17,501 nucleotides of DNA, taken from Candidatus Methylomirabilota bacterium (GTDB taxonomy: Bacteria; Methylomirabilota; Methylomirabilia; Rokubacteriales; CSP1-6). Under the pieces are notes generated by a model. It saw only the letters and a program-made list of their open reading frames with translations. It was not told the origin of the DNA and searched no databases. The stretch's first letter is position 1; each line of letters starts with the position of its first letter. Made by a program: the position numbers and the translations under genes. Positions 1 through 9,030 of this stretch are shown one piece after another. The stretch spans positions 1 to 17,501 of the forward strand of contig JBKPAK010000235.1 in NCBI GenBank assembly GCA_046726415.1. The letters are read 5' to 3'.

Positions 1-2
1 GG

Positions 3-300
3 GTGGAGGCCCTCGAGCAGCTCGGCGGGCGTCGCGGCAGTTCCCGTCTCCGTCGACGCCGTCCTAGTCCAGCGCTTCCGCGTCTATCAGCGCAGGGCGG
101 CCGCGGGGTGCCGCACCGAGTCCCACGCGACTTCTGGCGGACGGCCTCCGGAATCTGGAGCGCGACGAGTTACGCGGTCGGAGGCCATGAAGATCGTGGG
201 TCACAGACCGAGGCGAGCTCTCGGCGTACGCCATGGCCGACGCGAGCATGCTGCGCGAGGGCGCGGCAACTGACTCAGCGGGACGCTATGCGTGTCGTGG
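3..300 (+). pseudogene. Degraded C-terminal fragment of a tyrosine recombinase/phage integrase
   Basis: Stitching frames gives GVPHRVPRDFWRTA / RNLER / RSEAMKIVGHR / TEASSRR / YAMADASMLREGAA. This matches the integrase pattern HDFRRTAVRNL..AMK.VGH.T...YRRYAI (H-x-x-R, GH, catalytic Tyr), with several frameshifts and the His lost. Confidence 0.75.
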
Positions 301-423
301 TGTCGTCGAGAACCGGCAAAGCAATGGCGAAGTCGGCCGGTCGCGCAAGGCATCACCTCGCACAGCAGCGTGCCCAGGCACCGCTTCAGATCGGCTTGAC
401 TGTGTCATGTTGGCGGTAATGGG

Positions 424-1023
424 ATGGGCCCCGTAGCTCAATCCGCCCTGTATTCCCTTGCCCCGGTCGCCGGGATGGTTGCCGGCGGCGCGGCGGCCGC
501 GTGGTGGCAGCCGGGCGGGCGCGTCCGCAGCTACATCCAGCACTTCGCCGCCGGGGTGGTGTTCGCGGCCGTCAGCGTGGAAGTCCTACCGGACGTCATG
601 CACCGGCGCGGCCCGCTCGCCGCCGGGATCGGTTTCGCATTCGGCGTGGCGGCGATGCTCGCCATCCGCGCGATGAGCCGCCGTGCGGAATCCAGTGGTG
701 AGCGGTCCGCCGCCGGCCGGACGCCTTGGGCGCTGGTGGCGGCCGTCGCGGTGGACGTGTTCGTGGATGGGATGCTGATCGGGGTCGGGTTCGCCGCCGG
801 CCAGCGTCAGGGCGTGCTGCTGGCCGTCGCGCTGACCGGCTGTACCGTTGCGCTCGGCCTGGCCACCGCCTCGGATCTGTCGCGCGCCGGGACGTCGCGC
901 GTCCACGCGGCGGCGTTCACGGCCGGCCTCGGCCTCCTCCCGGCGATCGGGGCGGTGGGCGGGGCGTTGCTCGCCCGTCAACTGACCGGGGGGTGGATGT
1001 ATCCCCCGTGGGAGTCACATTGA
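424..1023 (+). pseudogene. ZIP (ZupT/GufA-like) metal transporter, 3'-truncated
   Basis: Hydrophobic ORF with QHFAAGVVFAAVSVEVLPD and AVAVDVFVDGMLIGVGF motifs. Resemblance stops at ..LTGGWM (about 1000), and the last helices typical of the family (..LLYLVTEELLVEAH..) are missing. Confidence 0.7.
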
Positions 1024-1567
1024 CTCACCACCCGCCGGTCGAGTTACGCTCGCGGTGCGGCGACGACAAGTGCGCATGCCGCGCCTCCCTACTGGGAGGT
1101 GCCCCGCGCGGCTCCTCGGGATACGCGCCTGAACGCCTCCAGCGTCGCGCGGGCGTTGGACGCGCGCGCGGCGCCCCAGGTGAGCCGCAGGATTTGCGAG
1201 ACCAGGTCTCTGCGTGGCCGTCACGGAATCCTGCTTTCGACCTTCGCGATCGTCTCGGCCATGAGCCGGGCCTGCGTCGTTCGACCCGGCCGCCGATCAG
1301 CGGCGCCACGTGGTCGCGCGATTCAGGGACTCGTTCGCGCTTCCCCTCTCTCCCCTCCCGGTAAGCGCCGTCACGGCTCGGCGATGTCGTCGTGAACCCA
1401 TCGCACACCCCTGGACGCGTGCTCGACGGTGGCCGCGTGTCCCCCCGGGCACGGCGCTTGCTGTCAGGGATTCCGTCGCGTCCCCGACCATTGTTCCAGC
1501 GAATGATGGAACGCCGGCTCACTGGAGCGTGTCGGATGCCGGGCCGGCGACTGCGCGGAGGATACAG

Positions 1568-1940
1568 ATGCGGCTGCGGTCATTCGGAGTGTTTGCCCGT
1601 CGGATATCTCATCATCGCGTTCCCGGGAGATTCGGAGGCCACGAGCGCCCGCGAGGCCCTGCTGACCGGTGCAGACGAAGACGACGAGGTGGTCACGTTC
1701 GACAGGGGGGCAGGTCATGTCGGACATCGAGAACAGCCGCGACACCATCTCGCCGTTCGCATACCTCGGTGCCGAACTCGGCCACCAGGCAGCAACTCGA
1801 GTAGGCGCGAAGCAGGGGGCGAGCTCCCTCGTCGTCCACGCCCCGACGGAACCGGAGACGAGGCGCGTCATGGATGTCGCCGCTTCGGCGCTCGGCTCGC
1901 GCACAAGTACAACCGTCTCACCGTCGAGGAGATCCTGTGA
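1568..1940 (+). pseudogene. Frameshifted conserved hypothetical protein
   Basis: GGAGG RBS before ATG 1568. Frames join as MRLRSFGVF / PVGYLIIAFPGDSEATSAREALLTG..EVVTFD / GQVMSDIENSRDTISPFAYLGAEL..LVVHAPTEPETRRVMDVA / RRFGARLAHKYNRLTVEEIL*, one coherent protein split by at least 3 indels. Confidence 0.55.
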
Positions 1941-2065
1941 CACGGCTCCCGCTCGCCGCCCGTGCGTTGCTCCTCGAGCCACCACGTCACCATCACAGGG
2001 CGGAGCGCCACACCATCCCGGGCGGAACCGCCGTCAGCGAGCGCGGCGCCGGGTGTGTTAGCGGC

Positions 2066-2244
2066 CTCCTCGTGCCGGCGATCTCCATCTCGACGCTGGT
2101 CCTGCTGTCCATCCTCAGCGCCATCGCGACCCGACTGGCGGCGCGCCCCGGCTCAAGGCGAGCCTGCACGTCGCGTTCTGGGGCGCGGCAACCATGACGC
2201 GCGCGGGCCTGGTCGGGCGGCTCTTCGGCACGACCGGCACGTGA
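2066..2244 (+). pseudogene. VIT1/CCC1 family transporter C-terminal remnant
   Basis: LLVPAISISTLVLLSILSAIATRL / RLKASLHVAFWGAATMTRAGLVGRLFGTTGT* resembles the VIT1 C-terminus (..RVTFWGALAM..GVGALFG). One frameshift; most of the gene is absent. Confidence 0.6.
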
Positions 2245-2259
2245 TTCGAAGGCCACGAT

Positions 2260-2385
2260 ATGCACGGCTCACGGCCGGGCCGACCTGGAAGGCAGGACCT
2301 TCCTGTGCCTCGTCGTCGCAGTCTCCATCGCCTTCGCCTGGATCCTCTGGCCGTTCTACGGAGCTATTTTGTTTTTCCCATCTGG
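2260..2385 (+). pseudogene. AI-2E family transporter N-terminal remnant
   Basis: The frame from 2282 reads DLEGRTFLCLVVAVSIAFAWILWPFYGAILF, like AI-2E/YdiK-type N-termini (..F.WILWPFYGA..), then breaks off. Confidence 0.6.
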
Positions 2386-2748
2386 CGTGGAACACCGTGC
2401 CTCGCCGATGCGCGCGGCCGCTGCCGTTGTGTGCGTCCTTCGGTATGTGCTAGTCCTAGGAGCGCGCCAGTCCCGGTGAGGCGAACCCCTTGAGAGAATG
2501 ACGCGTGAATGACGCGTGGTCCGAGGACTCGACGTTCGATGGCTTGCCGTTTGTACGCGCGATAGCGTTCGCTATGCGTTAACCGGACCCGCGACAGGGG
2601 TGCTGGTGACGAGAACGTCCCGACGACGGTGGCAGGGCAGATGCGTTCCGTTGCTACAACCCCGGTATCGGACACTCCGAGGATGACGACGCCTGCGCGT
2701 TCCGCGTTGATCGCCCACCGTCAGGCAACGTGCCCCCAGGAGGTGACC

Positions 2749-4848
2749 ATGAGCTCGACGGGACCGCAGACACCACGCAATCGCGACTCCACCCCGACCC
2801 AGCGGATCCCGCCGGCCGACACGAGGCCTGGGGGCGCGAAGGTTCCCGGACAGACAACGATGCCGCCGCGCAGGACCTGGCTGTGGTTCGTGCTCGTCGT
2901 GCTCGCGAATTTCTTCCTGGTGAGGCTCTTCATGCCGACCCCGGGGGCGCCGGTCACGGTGCCCTATACCCTCTTCAAGGAGGAGGTCGCAAAGGCGAAC
3001 GTCCAGGCCATTCACAGTCAGGGCGACACCATCACGGGGCGCTTCAAGGCGCCCGTCACGTACCCGCGGGCGGGCGACAAGGGTGCAGCGCCCGGCGGCG
3101 AGGCGCAAAGGACGGCGAACGAGCGCGGTGGGTCGGCCCGGGATGTTCCGAAAGCGGTGACCACTTTCTCGACGACGGTCCCCTCCTTCGTCGACCCCGG
3201 CCTGGAAGCGTTCCTCATCGACAACGGCGTCGAGATCAGCGCCAAGCCGATCGACGAGGGCGGCAGCCTCTTGACAACCTTCCTGTTAGGGTTCGGCCCG
3301 GCGCTGCTCTTCATCGGTTTTTATGTCTGGATGTTCCGGCGGGCCCAGCAGGGCGGTGGCCTGGGTGGCGGGCTCATGGGAATCGGCAAGAGCAAGGCGC
3401 GCCGCTACGACCAGGAGCAGGGTGCGAAGGTCACATTCGACGACGTGGCCGGGATCGACGAAGCCGAGAACGAGTTGGTCGAGATCGTGGATTTCCTCAA
3501 GAACCCCCCGAAGTACACCCGCCTGGGCGGGACCGCCCCGAAAGGCGTGCTGCTGGTGGGTCCGCCGGGAACAGGGAAAACCCTGCTGGCGAAGGCCGTC
3601 GCGGGAGAGGCCGGAGTGCCGTTCTTCTCGATGAGCGGCTCGGAGTTCGTGGAGATGATCGTGGGGGTGGGGGCAGCCCGGGTGCGCGACCTCTTCAAGC
3701 AGGCGCGCGAGCATGCGCCGGCCATCATCTTCATCGACGAGCTGGACGCCATCGGCCGGGCGCGAGGGCAGATGGCGATCGGGGGCGCGAATGAGCAGGA
3801 GCAGACGCTGAACCAGATCCTCACCGAGATGGACGGCTTTTCCAGCCGAGAGGGCATCATCGTCCTGGGGGCAACCAACCAGCCGGACGTGCTCGACAAG
3901 GCGCTCCTCCGGCCCGGACGCTTCGACCGTCGCGTCGTGGTGAACCTCCCGGACAAGATCGGACGCGAGGCGATCCTGAAAGTCCACACCCGCGGCGTGC
4001 CGCTCGCGAATGACGCGAACATAGCGGACGTTGCGGCGGTGACGCCGGGGCTCTCAGGGGCGGATCTGAGGAATCTCGTCAACGAAGCGGCGCTGCTGGC
4101 GGCCCGGCGCGAGCAGAACGAGGTGCGCCACAAGGACTTCCTGGATGCGCTGGAGAAGATCGTGCTCGGCCCCGAGCGTCCGCTCCTGCTAAGCCGCGCC
4201 GACAAGGAGCGCATCGCCTACCACGAAGGCGGACACACCATTCTTGGTCTCGTGGTACCGGGCGCCGATCCGGTGAACCGGGTATCCATCGTGCCGCGCG
4301 GGCAGGCCCTCGGGGTGACCTATCAGCGCCCAGACAGCGACCGATACAACTATCCGGAAGCATATCTGCGCGCCCGCATCGTCGGCATGCTTGGAGGCCG
4401 CGCGGCCGAGGAGATCGTCTACGGCACCAAGACCACCGGGGCCGAGAGCGATATCGAGCAGGCTACTGACCTGGCCCGCCGTATGGTCACGCGCTGGGGC
4501 ATGAGCGACCGAGTCGGAATGGTGCAGCTCGCGCCCCGCGAGAACCCCTACCTCGCCGGCCCCGGCGCCTACGGCGGGGCCAGGCCGTTCAGCGAATCAA
4601 CCGCCGCCGCCATCGATGCCGAGGTGCGCAAGATCATCGGCGACAGCCACGACGAGGCCAAGCGTCTCTTGATCGCCCACCGCAAGCAGCTCGACGCGCT
4701 CGCCACCGCCTTGCTGTCGCGTGAAAGCCTCAGCGAGCAGGAGATCCTCGCGGTGACGGGGCTTCCGCCGGCACCGGCTCTGGCGACGGGGATGTTGCCC
4801 TTTTCGGAGGCGGGAAGCCGGAGCGCGGGTCCCCTCGTGAGGACCTAG
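2749..4848 (+). CDS. ftsH: ATP-dependent zinc metalloprotease FtsH (699 aa)
   Basis: Two TM segments, [12 protein letters not shown], Walker A GPPGTGKT, pore motif FVEM, Walker [22 protein letters not shown], Zn motif HEGGH and GGRAAEE. AGGAGG RBS just before ATG 2749. Confidence 0.97.
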   Translation: MSSTGPQTPRNRDSTPTQRIPPADTRPGGAKVPGQTTMPPRRTWLWFVLVVLANFFLVRLFMPTPGAPVTVPYTLFKEEVAKANVQAIHSQGDTITGRFKAPVTYPRAGDKGAAPGGEAQRTANERGGSARDVPKAVTTFSTTVPSFVDPGLEAFLIDNGVEISAKPIDEGGSLLTTFLLGFGPALLFIGFYVWMFRRAQQGGGLGGGLMGIGKSKARRYDQEQGAKVTFDDVAGIDEAENELVEIVDFLKNPPKYTRLGGTAPKGVLLVGPPGTGKTLLAKAVAGEAGVPFFSMSGSEFVEMIVGVGAARVRDLFKQAREHAPAIIFIDELDAIGRARGQMAIGGANEQEQTLNQILTEMDGFSSREGIIVLGATNQPDVLDKALLRPGRFDRRVVVNLPDKIGREAILKVHTRGVPLANDANIADVAAVTPGLSGADLRNLVNEAALLAARREQNEVRHKDFLDALEKIVLGPERPLLLSRADKERIAYHEGGHTILGLVVPGADPVNRVSIVPRGQALGVTYQRPDSDRYNYPEAYLRARIVGMLGGRAAEEIVYGTKTTGAESDIEQATDLARRMVTRWGMSDRVGMVQLAPRENPYLAGPGAYGGARPFSESTAAAIDAEVRKIIGDSHDEAKRLLIAHRKQLDALATALLSRESLSEQEILAVTGLPPAPALATGMLPFSEAGSRSAGPLVRT

Positions 4849-4902
4849 GCCCGCGAACACTGAGCACCGCATGCCTCAATGCGGCAAACATCCGTCGCAA
4901 AG

Positions 4903-5080
4903 GCTCAGATCCACGGCCACCAGTCCAACGTGGCGCGGTCTCGCATTCCGCTCATGATGCTCGACGCCCGGGAGCACGCCTAATACCTGCAGTACCAGGC
5001 GCAAGACCCTCGATGCAATGTGGCGGTATGGAACTGGAAGGTGTCGGCGAGAGGCTCATACGCGGCGCGCCGGCTCGATC
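4903..5080 (+). pseudogene. Fe/Mn superoxide dismutase C-terminal remnant
   Basis: AQIHGHQSNVARSRIPLMMLDAREHA*YLQYQ..WNW is a decayed PL..LDAWEHAYYLQY..WNW signature. It has W>R and an in-frame TAA at 4981-4983. Confidence 0.8.
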
Positions 5081-5203
5081 TACGGTTCGCGACGCTACGC
5101 TATCTCGCCGACGAGAGCATGTGCGCGAGGGCGCGGTGAAGCTGGGGGCGCTGTTCGAGGCTCAGCGGAACGCCATGTTGTTCCGTTGAGAACGGCAAGG
5201 TAA
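5075..5203 (+). pseudogene. Second tyrosine integrase extreme C-terminal remnant
   Basis: SIY..RRYAI / ADESM / REGAVKLGALFEAQR..VVPLRTAR*. Similar at nucleotide level to 222-340 and lies directly beside the att core. Confidence 0.65.
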
Positions 5204-5277
5204 CGGGACCGTCGGCCGAAAGCGATCTGAGGCTTAAAGGTAGGCAGCGTCGGAACTCAGCCAAATGATGCTGAAGA

Positions 5278-5323
5278 TGGTGGGCAGGGACGGGATTGAA
5301 CCGCCGACACCAGGATTTTCAGT
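5278..5323 (-). mobile_element. att core: 46-bp 3' half of tRNA-Phe(GAA), not a complete tRNA gene
   Basis: Reverse complement ACTGAAAATCCTGGTGTCGGCGGTTCAATCCCGTCCCTGCCCACCA contains the anticodon loop (GAA), T arm (GTTCAAT), acceptor strand and CCA. The D arm and 5' acceptor strand are absent beyond 5323. Confidence 0.88.
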
Positions 5324-5440
5324 GATCCCCAGGGTCCGAACCATGTACCGCCATCGTCAGACATCGTTGACAATCAAGCGGATAGCGAGGGGTAGGCGTC
5401 GCGTTATCGAGCGATCGCCACGCATGTTAGCCCATGGTTT

Positions 5441-5464
5441 CGGCAAAGTTTCGGCAAGGTCAGC
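5441..5464 (+). repeat. Putative integrase arm-type binding sites (CGGCAA(A/G)GT x2, 11-bp period)
   Basis: cggcaaagt-tt-cggcaaggt-cagc. Degenerate copies with the same spacing and orientation occur at 314-336 and 5193-5216. Confidence 0.55.
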
Positions 5465-5514
5465 TCACCTGGGAGCCCTCGCTGCCGTACCTTGGTTGGC
5501 GGTGGTGGGAGTAG

Positions 5515-5722
5515 CATCGTCCCCAGGACCCGCTGCGCCCTTGAGCCGACACTCTTGTGCGTTGACGCATTCGCCGGGCCGGGTTGGCCTCCGGGAGGCA
5601 AAGACGGCTGCCCCCGTCGCCTTGAGGAGGCTGATCGACCACTCGCACCTCCAGGACCCTCAAAGAACGTCGCGGGGGAGTCTTCATCTTCCTCGAAAAG
5701 GAGGAGGAGAACCTCAGGCTGG
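5515..5722 (+). pseudogene. TcmP-like (three-Cys-motif partner) N-terminal remnant
   Basis: VPRTRCALEPT..LLCVDAFAGPGW.PGGKDGCP / VALRRLIDHSH / VFIFLEKEEE resembles TcmP (LEPHT..YIDGFAGPG.Y..G..GSP..AL....H..F.FIE). Internally deleted and frameshifted. Confidence 0.5.
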
Positions 5723-6017
5723 CCGTTGCCAGCGTCGCGCCGTCCGATGGCGCGAAGCCCGCCGTCCACCTGGAAGAACTCCGTGAAGCCCCGCCAACGC
5801 CAATGGTCGATTGTGCGGCCGCGGTTGCGACTTCCCGGCGCCTCGGCCGTCATCACGGCGCCCCGGCCGTGGGGCTTCCGCGTCGAGCAGGCTCTTCAGC
5901 GCGCGATCTGGGAAGCGTGTGGGTGCGCGCGAATCCCGGGCGAATGAGCTGGTAGGGGTCGACCGCTCGTGACTGAAACAATGCCCTTGCTGTTGCGCCG
6001 TGGGCGGGCCAACCAGT

Positions 6018-6422
6018 ACCCTGGGGCAGGGGCTGACGCTGCCGTGGCTCATCCGGGCGCTTCGCCTCGGCAAGGACGCCGGACTCCGAGAAGAAGAAGG
6101 GCGAGCGCGACAGCGGCTGCTCGAAGCGGCCACGCGGCGCATCGATTAGCTGTATCCAGTCTGGCCAGGGCATCACCCGCTGCTCGACCAGCTGCGCGAG
6201 ATCTACCGGCACCGCTCCAAACACGTCGAACGCCAACGCGATGCACCCGCGGGCGACGGGGAAGATCGCGAACTCATCGAGCACCGCGAGATCAGACGAA
6301 CAGTCATCGATGCGGAGCGCGAGGCGCTGCTGCGCCTTCGCGCCGAGGGCGAGGTCAACGACCAGGTGCTGCGCGATCTCGAGCGTGAGCTAGACCTCGA
6401 AGAGCGCCGAATGGACGCTTGA
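6018..6422 (+). pseudogene. CPA1 Na+/H+ antiporter (YjcE/NhaP-like) C-terminal remnant
   Basis: TLGQGLTLPWLIRAL..AEREALLRLRAEGEVNDQVLRDLERELDLEERRMDA* in one frame, with an internal TAG at 6147-6149. The membrane domain is missing. Confidence 0.85.
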
Positions 6423-6476
6423 CGCGGCCGCGCTCGGTCCGATGCTGCGCCGTGTGCGGGACACGGTCGCCTTCAG

Positions 6477-6641
6477 TGATGGAAGGGACTCCTCCCACAG
6501 TCGCCTGGCGTCCAAGATTGCCTTGGATGGAGGAGTCCGATGAATTCTACGACGATCGCAGTGGACGTGGCCAAGGCAGTGTTCGAAGTAGCGGTGTCCG
6601 AGCACCCCGGACAGGTGCGGGAACGGCATCGGTTCTTCGCG
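6477..6641 (+). mobile_element. IS110-family element remnant (left end plus first ~34 codons of the transposase)
   Basis: GGAGG RBS, ATG 6540, MNSTTIAVDVAKAVFEVAVSEHPGQVRERHR.FFA, which is the DEDD RuvC-like N-terminus (IAVD.AK..F). Inverted repeat ggactcctcc 6486-6495 / ggaggagtcc 6529-6538. Confidence 0.8.
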
Positions 6642-6946
6642 GGAATGGTTACTACTTCGGACGCAAGTATGCGGGAGAGATACGCGGGTGACATTCGTGA
6701 TCACGATTCTCGGAGCCGCGCTTGGTCCACTGCCCTGCTGCTGGTCGTCATCGCCGGGCGGCTATTTCGTGGTGCTGGTGGCCGGAGCTATCTTGTGTGC
6801 CCGCGCGGCGACCGCCAATCTAGTGGCCAAACCTCCACGACCGAAGCCGCTGGCGAGAAGCTACCGCCACCGGGACTGACGAGTACCGTTGGGAGGCGTC
6901 ACGGTACGTTGGGCCTTTGGCGCGGGGACCCGCGATGGGGGATTCC

Positions 6947-7483
6947 ATGAGCTGTAACCCGATCGTCGTAGCCGGGCTCGAAGTGCCATGCGATTCCCCG
7001 GTCTTTCTCACAGTTCTCGCGGTCCACATTCCGTTTGGCCTTGCCTGCGTGGTGACCGGTATCGTCGCGATGTTGAGCACGAAGGGCCGGGGCCTCCATC
7101 CGACGTTCGGGACGATGTACTACGGGTCTCTCGTCGTGGTGTTCGCGTCCGCCACGGCCCTGGCGGCAATGCGCTGGGCTGAGAACTATCACTTGTTCAT
7201 CCTAGGGCTGTTGTCCTTCACCGCGGCGTTTGTCGGCCGCATGGCTCGTCGGCGATTCTGGCCCGGCTGGGTCACGCCGCATATCGGTGGCATGGGCTTG
7301 TCGTACATCCTGTTGCTGACGGCGTTCTACGTGGACAATGGCGAGCGCCTGCCGCTCTGGAAGGAACTTCCCCCGTTCGCGTACTGGCTGTTGCCCGGCG
7401 CGATCGGGCTCCCGCTGATCGGTCGGGCGCTGTGGCGACACGCAGTAGTACAGCAACCGAAAGGGCCACGGCACGTGCCCTAA
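6947..7483 (+). CDS. Integral membrane protein, DUF2306-like
   Basis: 178 aa with about 5 TM helices and the pattern H..GL..V.TG.VAML..KG.G.H...G..YY, HI.GMGLSYILLLTAFYVDNG. Purine-rich SD before ATG 6947. Confidence 0.75.
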   Translation: MSCNPIVVAGLEVPCDSPVFLTVLAVHIPFGLACVVTGIVAMLSTKGRGLHPTFGTMYYGSLVVVFASATALAAMRWAENYHLFILGLLSFTAAFVGRMARRRFWPGWVTPHIGGMGLSYILLLTAFYVDNGERLPLWKELPPFAYWLLPGAIGLPLIGRALWRHAVVQQPKGPRHVP

Positions 7484-7508
7484 CCCTGCGGTCCGACGAG
7501 GACGAGAC

Positions 7509-8327
7509 ATGGACCAGAGCACCGGAAATGAGGGTGCGGAGGCCGGCCGATTTTACGATGCGCTGAGGTCCAGCGGGTTGTCCGCAGCGGCACTCGCGCA
7601 TGGCGCAGCCTCGATCGGTCAGGAATGCCTGCTGACGGAGGACGAGATCGCGACTCTAGCCCGGCGGGCCGGCATCACCGCCGGGGAGTCGGTGCTCGAC
7701 ATCGGGAGTGGCACCGGTGGGCCCGCGTGCTATCTGGCGCGCGAGTTCGAGTGCCGCGTGCTCGGCGTGGACGTCTCCGCCGTCGGCCATGCGCAGGCCC
7801 AGGCCCGGGCGCGCGACAGCGGGCTCGACCATCTCGCGCAGTTCTGTCTTGGCGACATCCACACCGTCGCGTTGCCACTGGCGGGTTTCGATGTCGTCAT
7901 CGGCCTCGACTCCTGGTGTCATATCCCGCGGCGCGCCGCCCTTCTCCAGCGCTGCGCGGAGCTGCTGCGTGGAGGCGGGAGGGTCGCCTTCTACGACCAC
8001 GTCGTGCGTCAGCCATTGGCCGAGGACCAGCGACAGCGTTTTTGCGCGGCGTGGCGATTCGCCGACCTCGAGAGCCCCGCGAGCTACCTCCAGGCCCTCG
8101 AGGCTGCCGGCCTCGAACCGCTATGGCATGAGGAGACCTCGGCCTACGTCACGCGCTTCTACACCCGCGTGCTCGAGGGCTACCTTGCCGAGCGGGCCCG
8201 GTTCGAAGCCGCCCGCGGGCCCGAACTCTACCAGCAGGGACGCGAGCGTCTGGAGATGAGCCAGCGTCTTGCCGCCGCGGGCGTGCTCGGCGAGTTCGGT
8301 TGTATCGCGGTGAAGCCGGCGAGCTGA
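7509..8327 (+). CDS. Class I SAM-dependent methyltransferase (copy A)
   Basis: VLDIGSGTGG motif I, VLGVDVS motif II, GDI, FDVVIGLDSWCH, LLRGGGRV. GAGGA-like RBS. Resembles sarcosine/phosphoethanolamine N-methyltransferase-like proteins. Confidence 0.92.
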   Translation: MDQSTGNEGAEAGRFYDALRSSGLSAAALAHGAASIGQECLLTEDEIATLARRAGITAGESVLDIGSGTGGPACYLAREFECRVLGVDVSAVGHAQAQARARDSGLDHLAQFCLGDIHTVALPLAGFDVVIGLDSWCHIPRRAALLQRCAELLRGGGRVAFYDHVVRQPLAEDQRQRFCAAWRFADLESPASYLQALEAAGLEPLWHEETSAYVTRFYTRVLEGYLAERARFEAARGPELYQQGRERLEMSQRLAAAGVLGEFGCIAVKPAS

Positions 8328-8604
8328 GATAGCCGATGATCTGATCGCTTGGGGTTCCGCGGCGCCTCGGCTTCGATCCGGCGAGCACCTCTGCGCCCTT
8401 CGTCGCTACCTCCGTCGGTCCCCGGTCCCGTCATTTACGAGCGTCGCGTGCAGGAAAGCTTGCCCCCTCAGCGCGGTCCCGCGCTCTTGAGGCTGGCGCT
8501 GCACCCAGACCATTGGCCGCGGCGATCAGGCCCTCCACGGTGACCTCGCCGATGAAGAGTCCCCGCTCCCTGAGCGAAGAATAGGCCTGCCCCAAGGGGT
8601 AAGG

Positions 8605-9024
8605 TCACGAGCCCCAGAAGCTGGCCGGGCTCCGGGTTTTCACGCTGGGCCCGTCACGCTCCCAGGTCGCGCTTGCGCGCCTCGAACTCCTCGAGCGGCC
8701 TCCGGCGAGCGCGGCGCGCAGGGTTGGACTGGCCGGTTGCTCCGAGAGACGCTCCCGCACGTACCGCAGGGTGCGGCCGGCCGCCGGGATGGGGATCGTC
8801 AGGACGCGAGGCAGCGGGATGGGCCGGGGAGCATCCGCACAGCGCAGCACCGCGTCGAAGAGCGCCTCCTTGCTCTGGACGCACAAGTAGAGAGTCCCTT
8901 TGGCGACGCCCAGCGCCTCAGCCACATCGGCCATCTGGGTACGCCGGAAGCCCTGGGCGATGAATACACGGGTCGCGGCGTCGATCAGGTCTTCGAAGCG
9001 CGTTTCGAGTGTCGTGCGCGGCAC
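8605..9024 (-). pseudogene. TetR/AcrR family regulator, C-terminally truncated (joined near 8700 to a SHOCT-like tail)
   Basis: LIDAATRVFIAQGFRRTQMADVAEALGVAKGTLYL..SKEALF is the TetR HTH. The ORF is only 139 aa and its tail is not protein-like. Another frame at 8654-8695 reads EEFEARKRDLGA*. Confidence 0.75.
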
Positions 9025-9030
9025 GGCCCC

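Noticed and set aside
1021-1023. TGA of the ZIP ORF as a second Sec codon
   Set aside because: Family resemblance ends about 7 codons earlier, no Cys is expected there, and the hairpin contains the TGA rather than following it.
2496-2517. 11-bp tandem repeat gaatgacgcgt x2
   Set aside because: Only two units with no spacer, so not a CRISPR or iteron array. It could be slippage or a regulator site, but nothing supports that.
2629-2748. Longer FtsH N-terminus from 2629
   Set aside because: The AGGAGG SD sits directly before ATG 2749, and the extension is not FtsH-like.
5278-5353. Complete tRNA-Phe gene
   Set aside because: Only the anticodon loop to CCA is present. The sequence beyond 5323 cannot form the D arm or the 5' acceptor strand.
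5265-5786. 173-aa ORF MMLKMVGRDGIEPPTPGFS..
   Set aside because: Its N-terminus is the antisense translation of the tRNA fragment, and the rest crosses arm repeats and a pseudogene.
6147-6149. In-frame TAG as pyrrolysine or read-through
   Set aside because: It lies in an antiporter fragment lacking its whole membrane domain, so ordinary nonsense decay is the simpler explanation.
6642-6940. IS110 bridge/seek RNA or right end
   Set aside because: No matching terminal repeat or transposase C-terminus was found. The segment looks like unrelated decayed coding sequence that I could not assign.
8466-8492. GC hairpin between the convergent methyltransferase and tetR genes as a terminator
   Set aside because: There is no U-tract on either strand, and such stems are common at this GC content.
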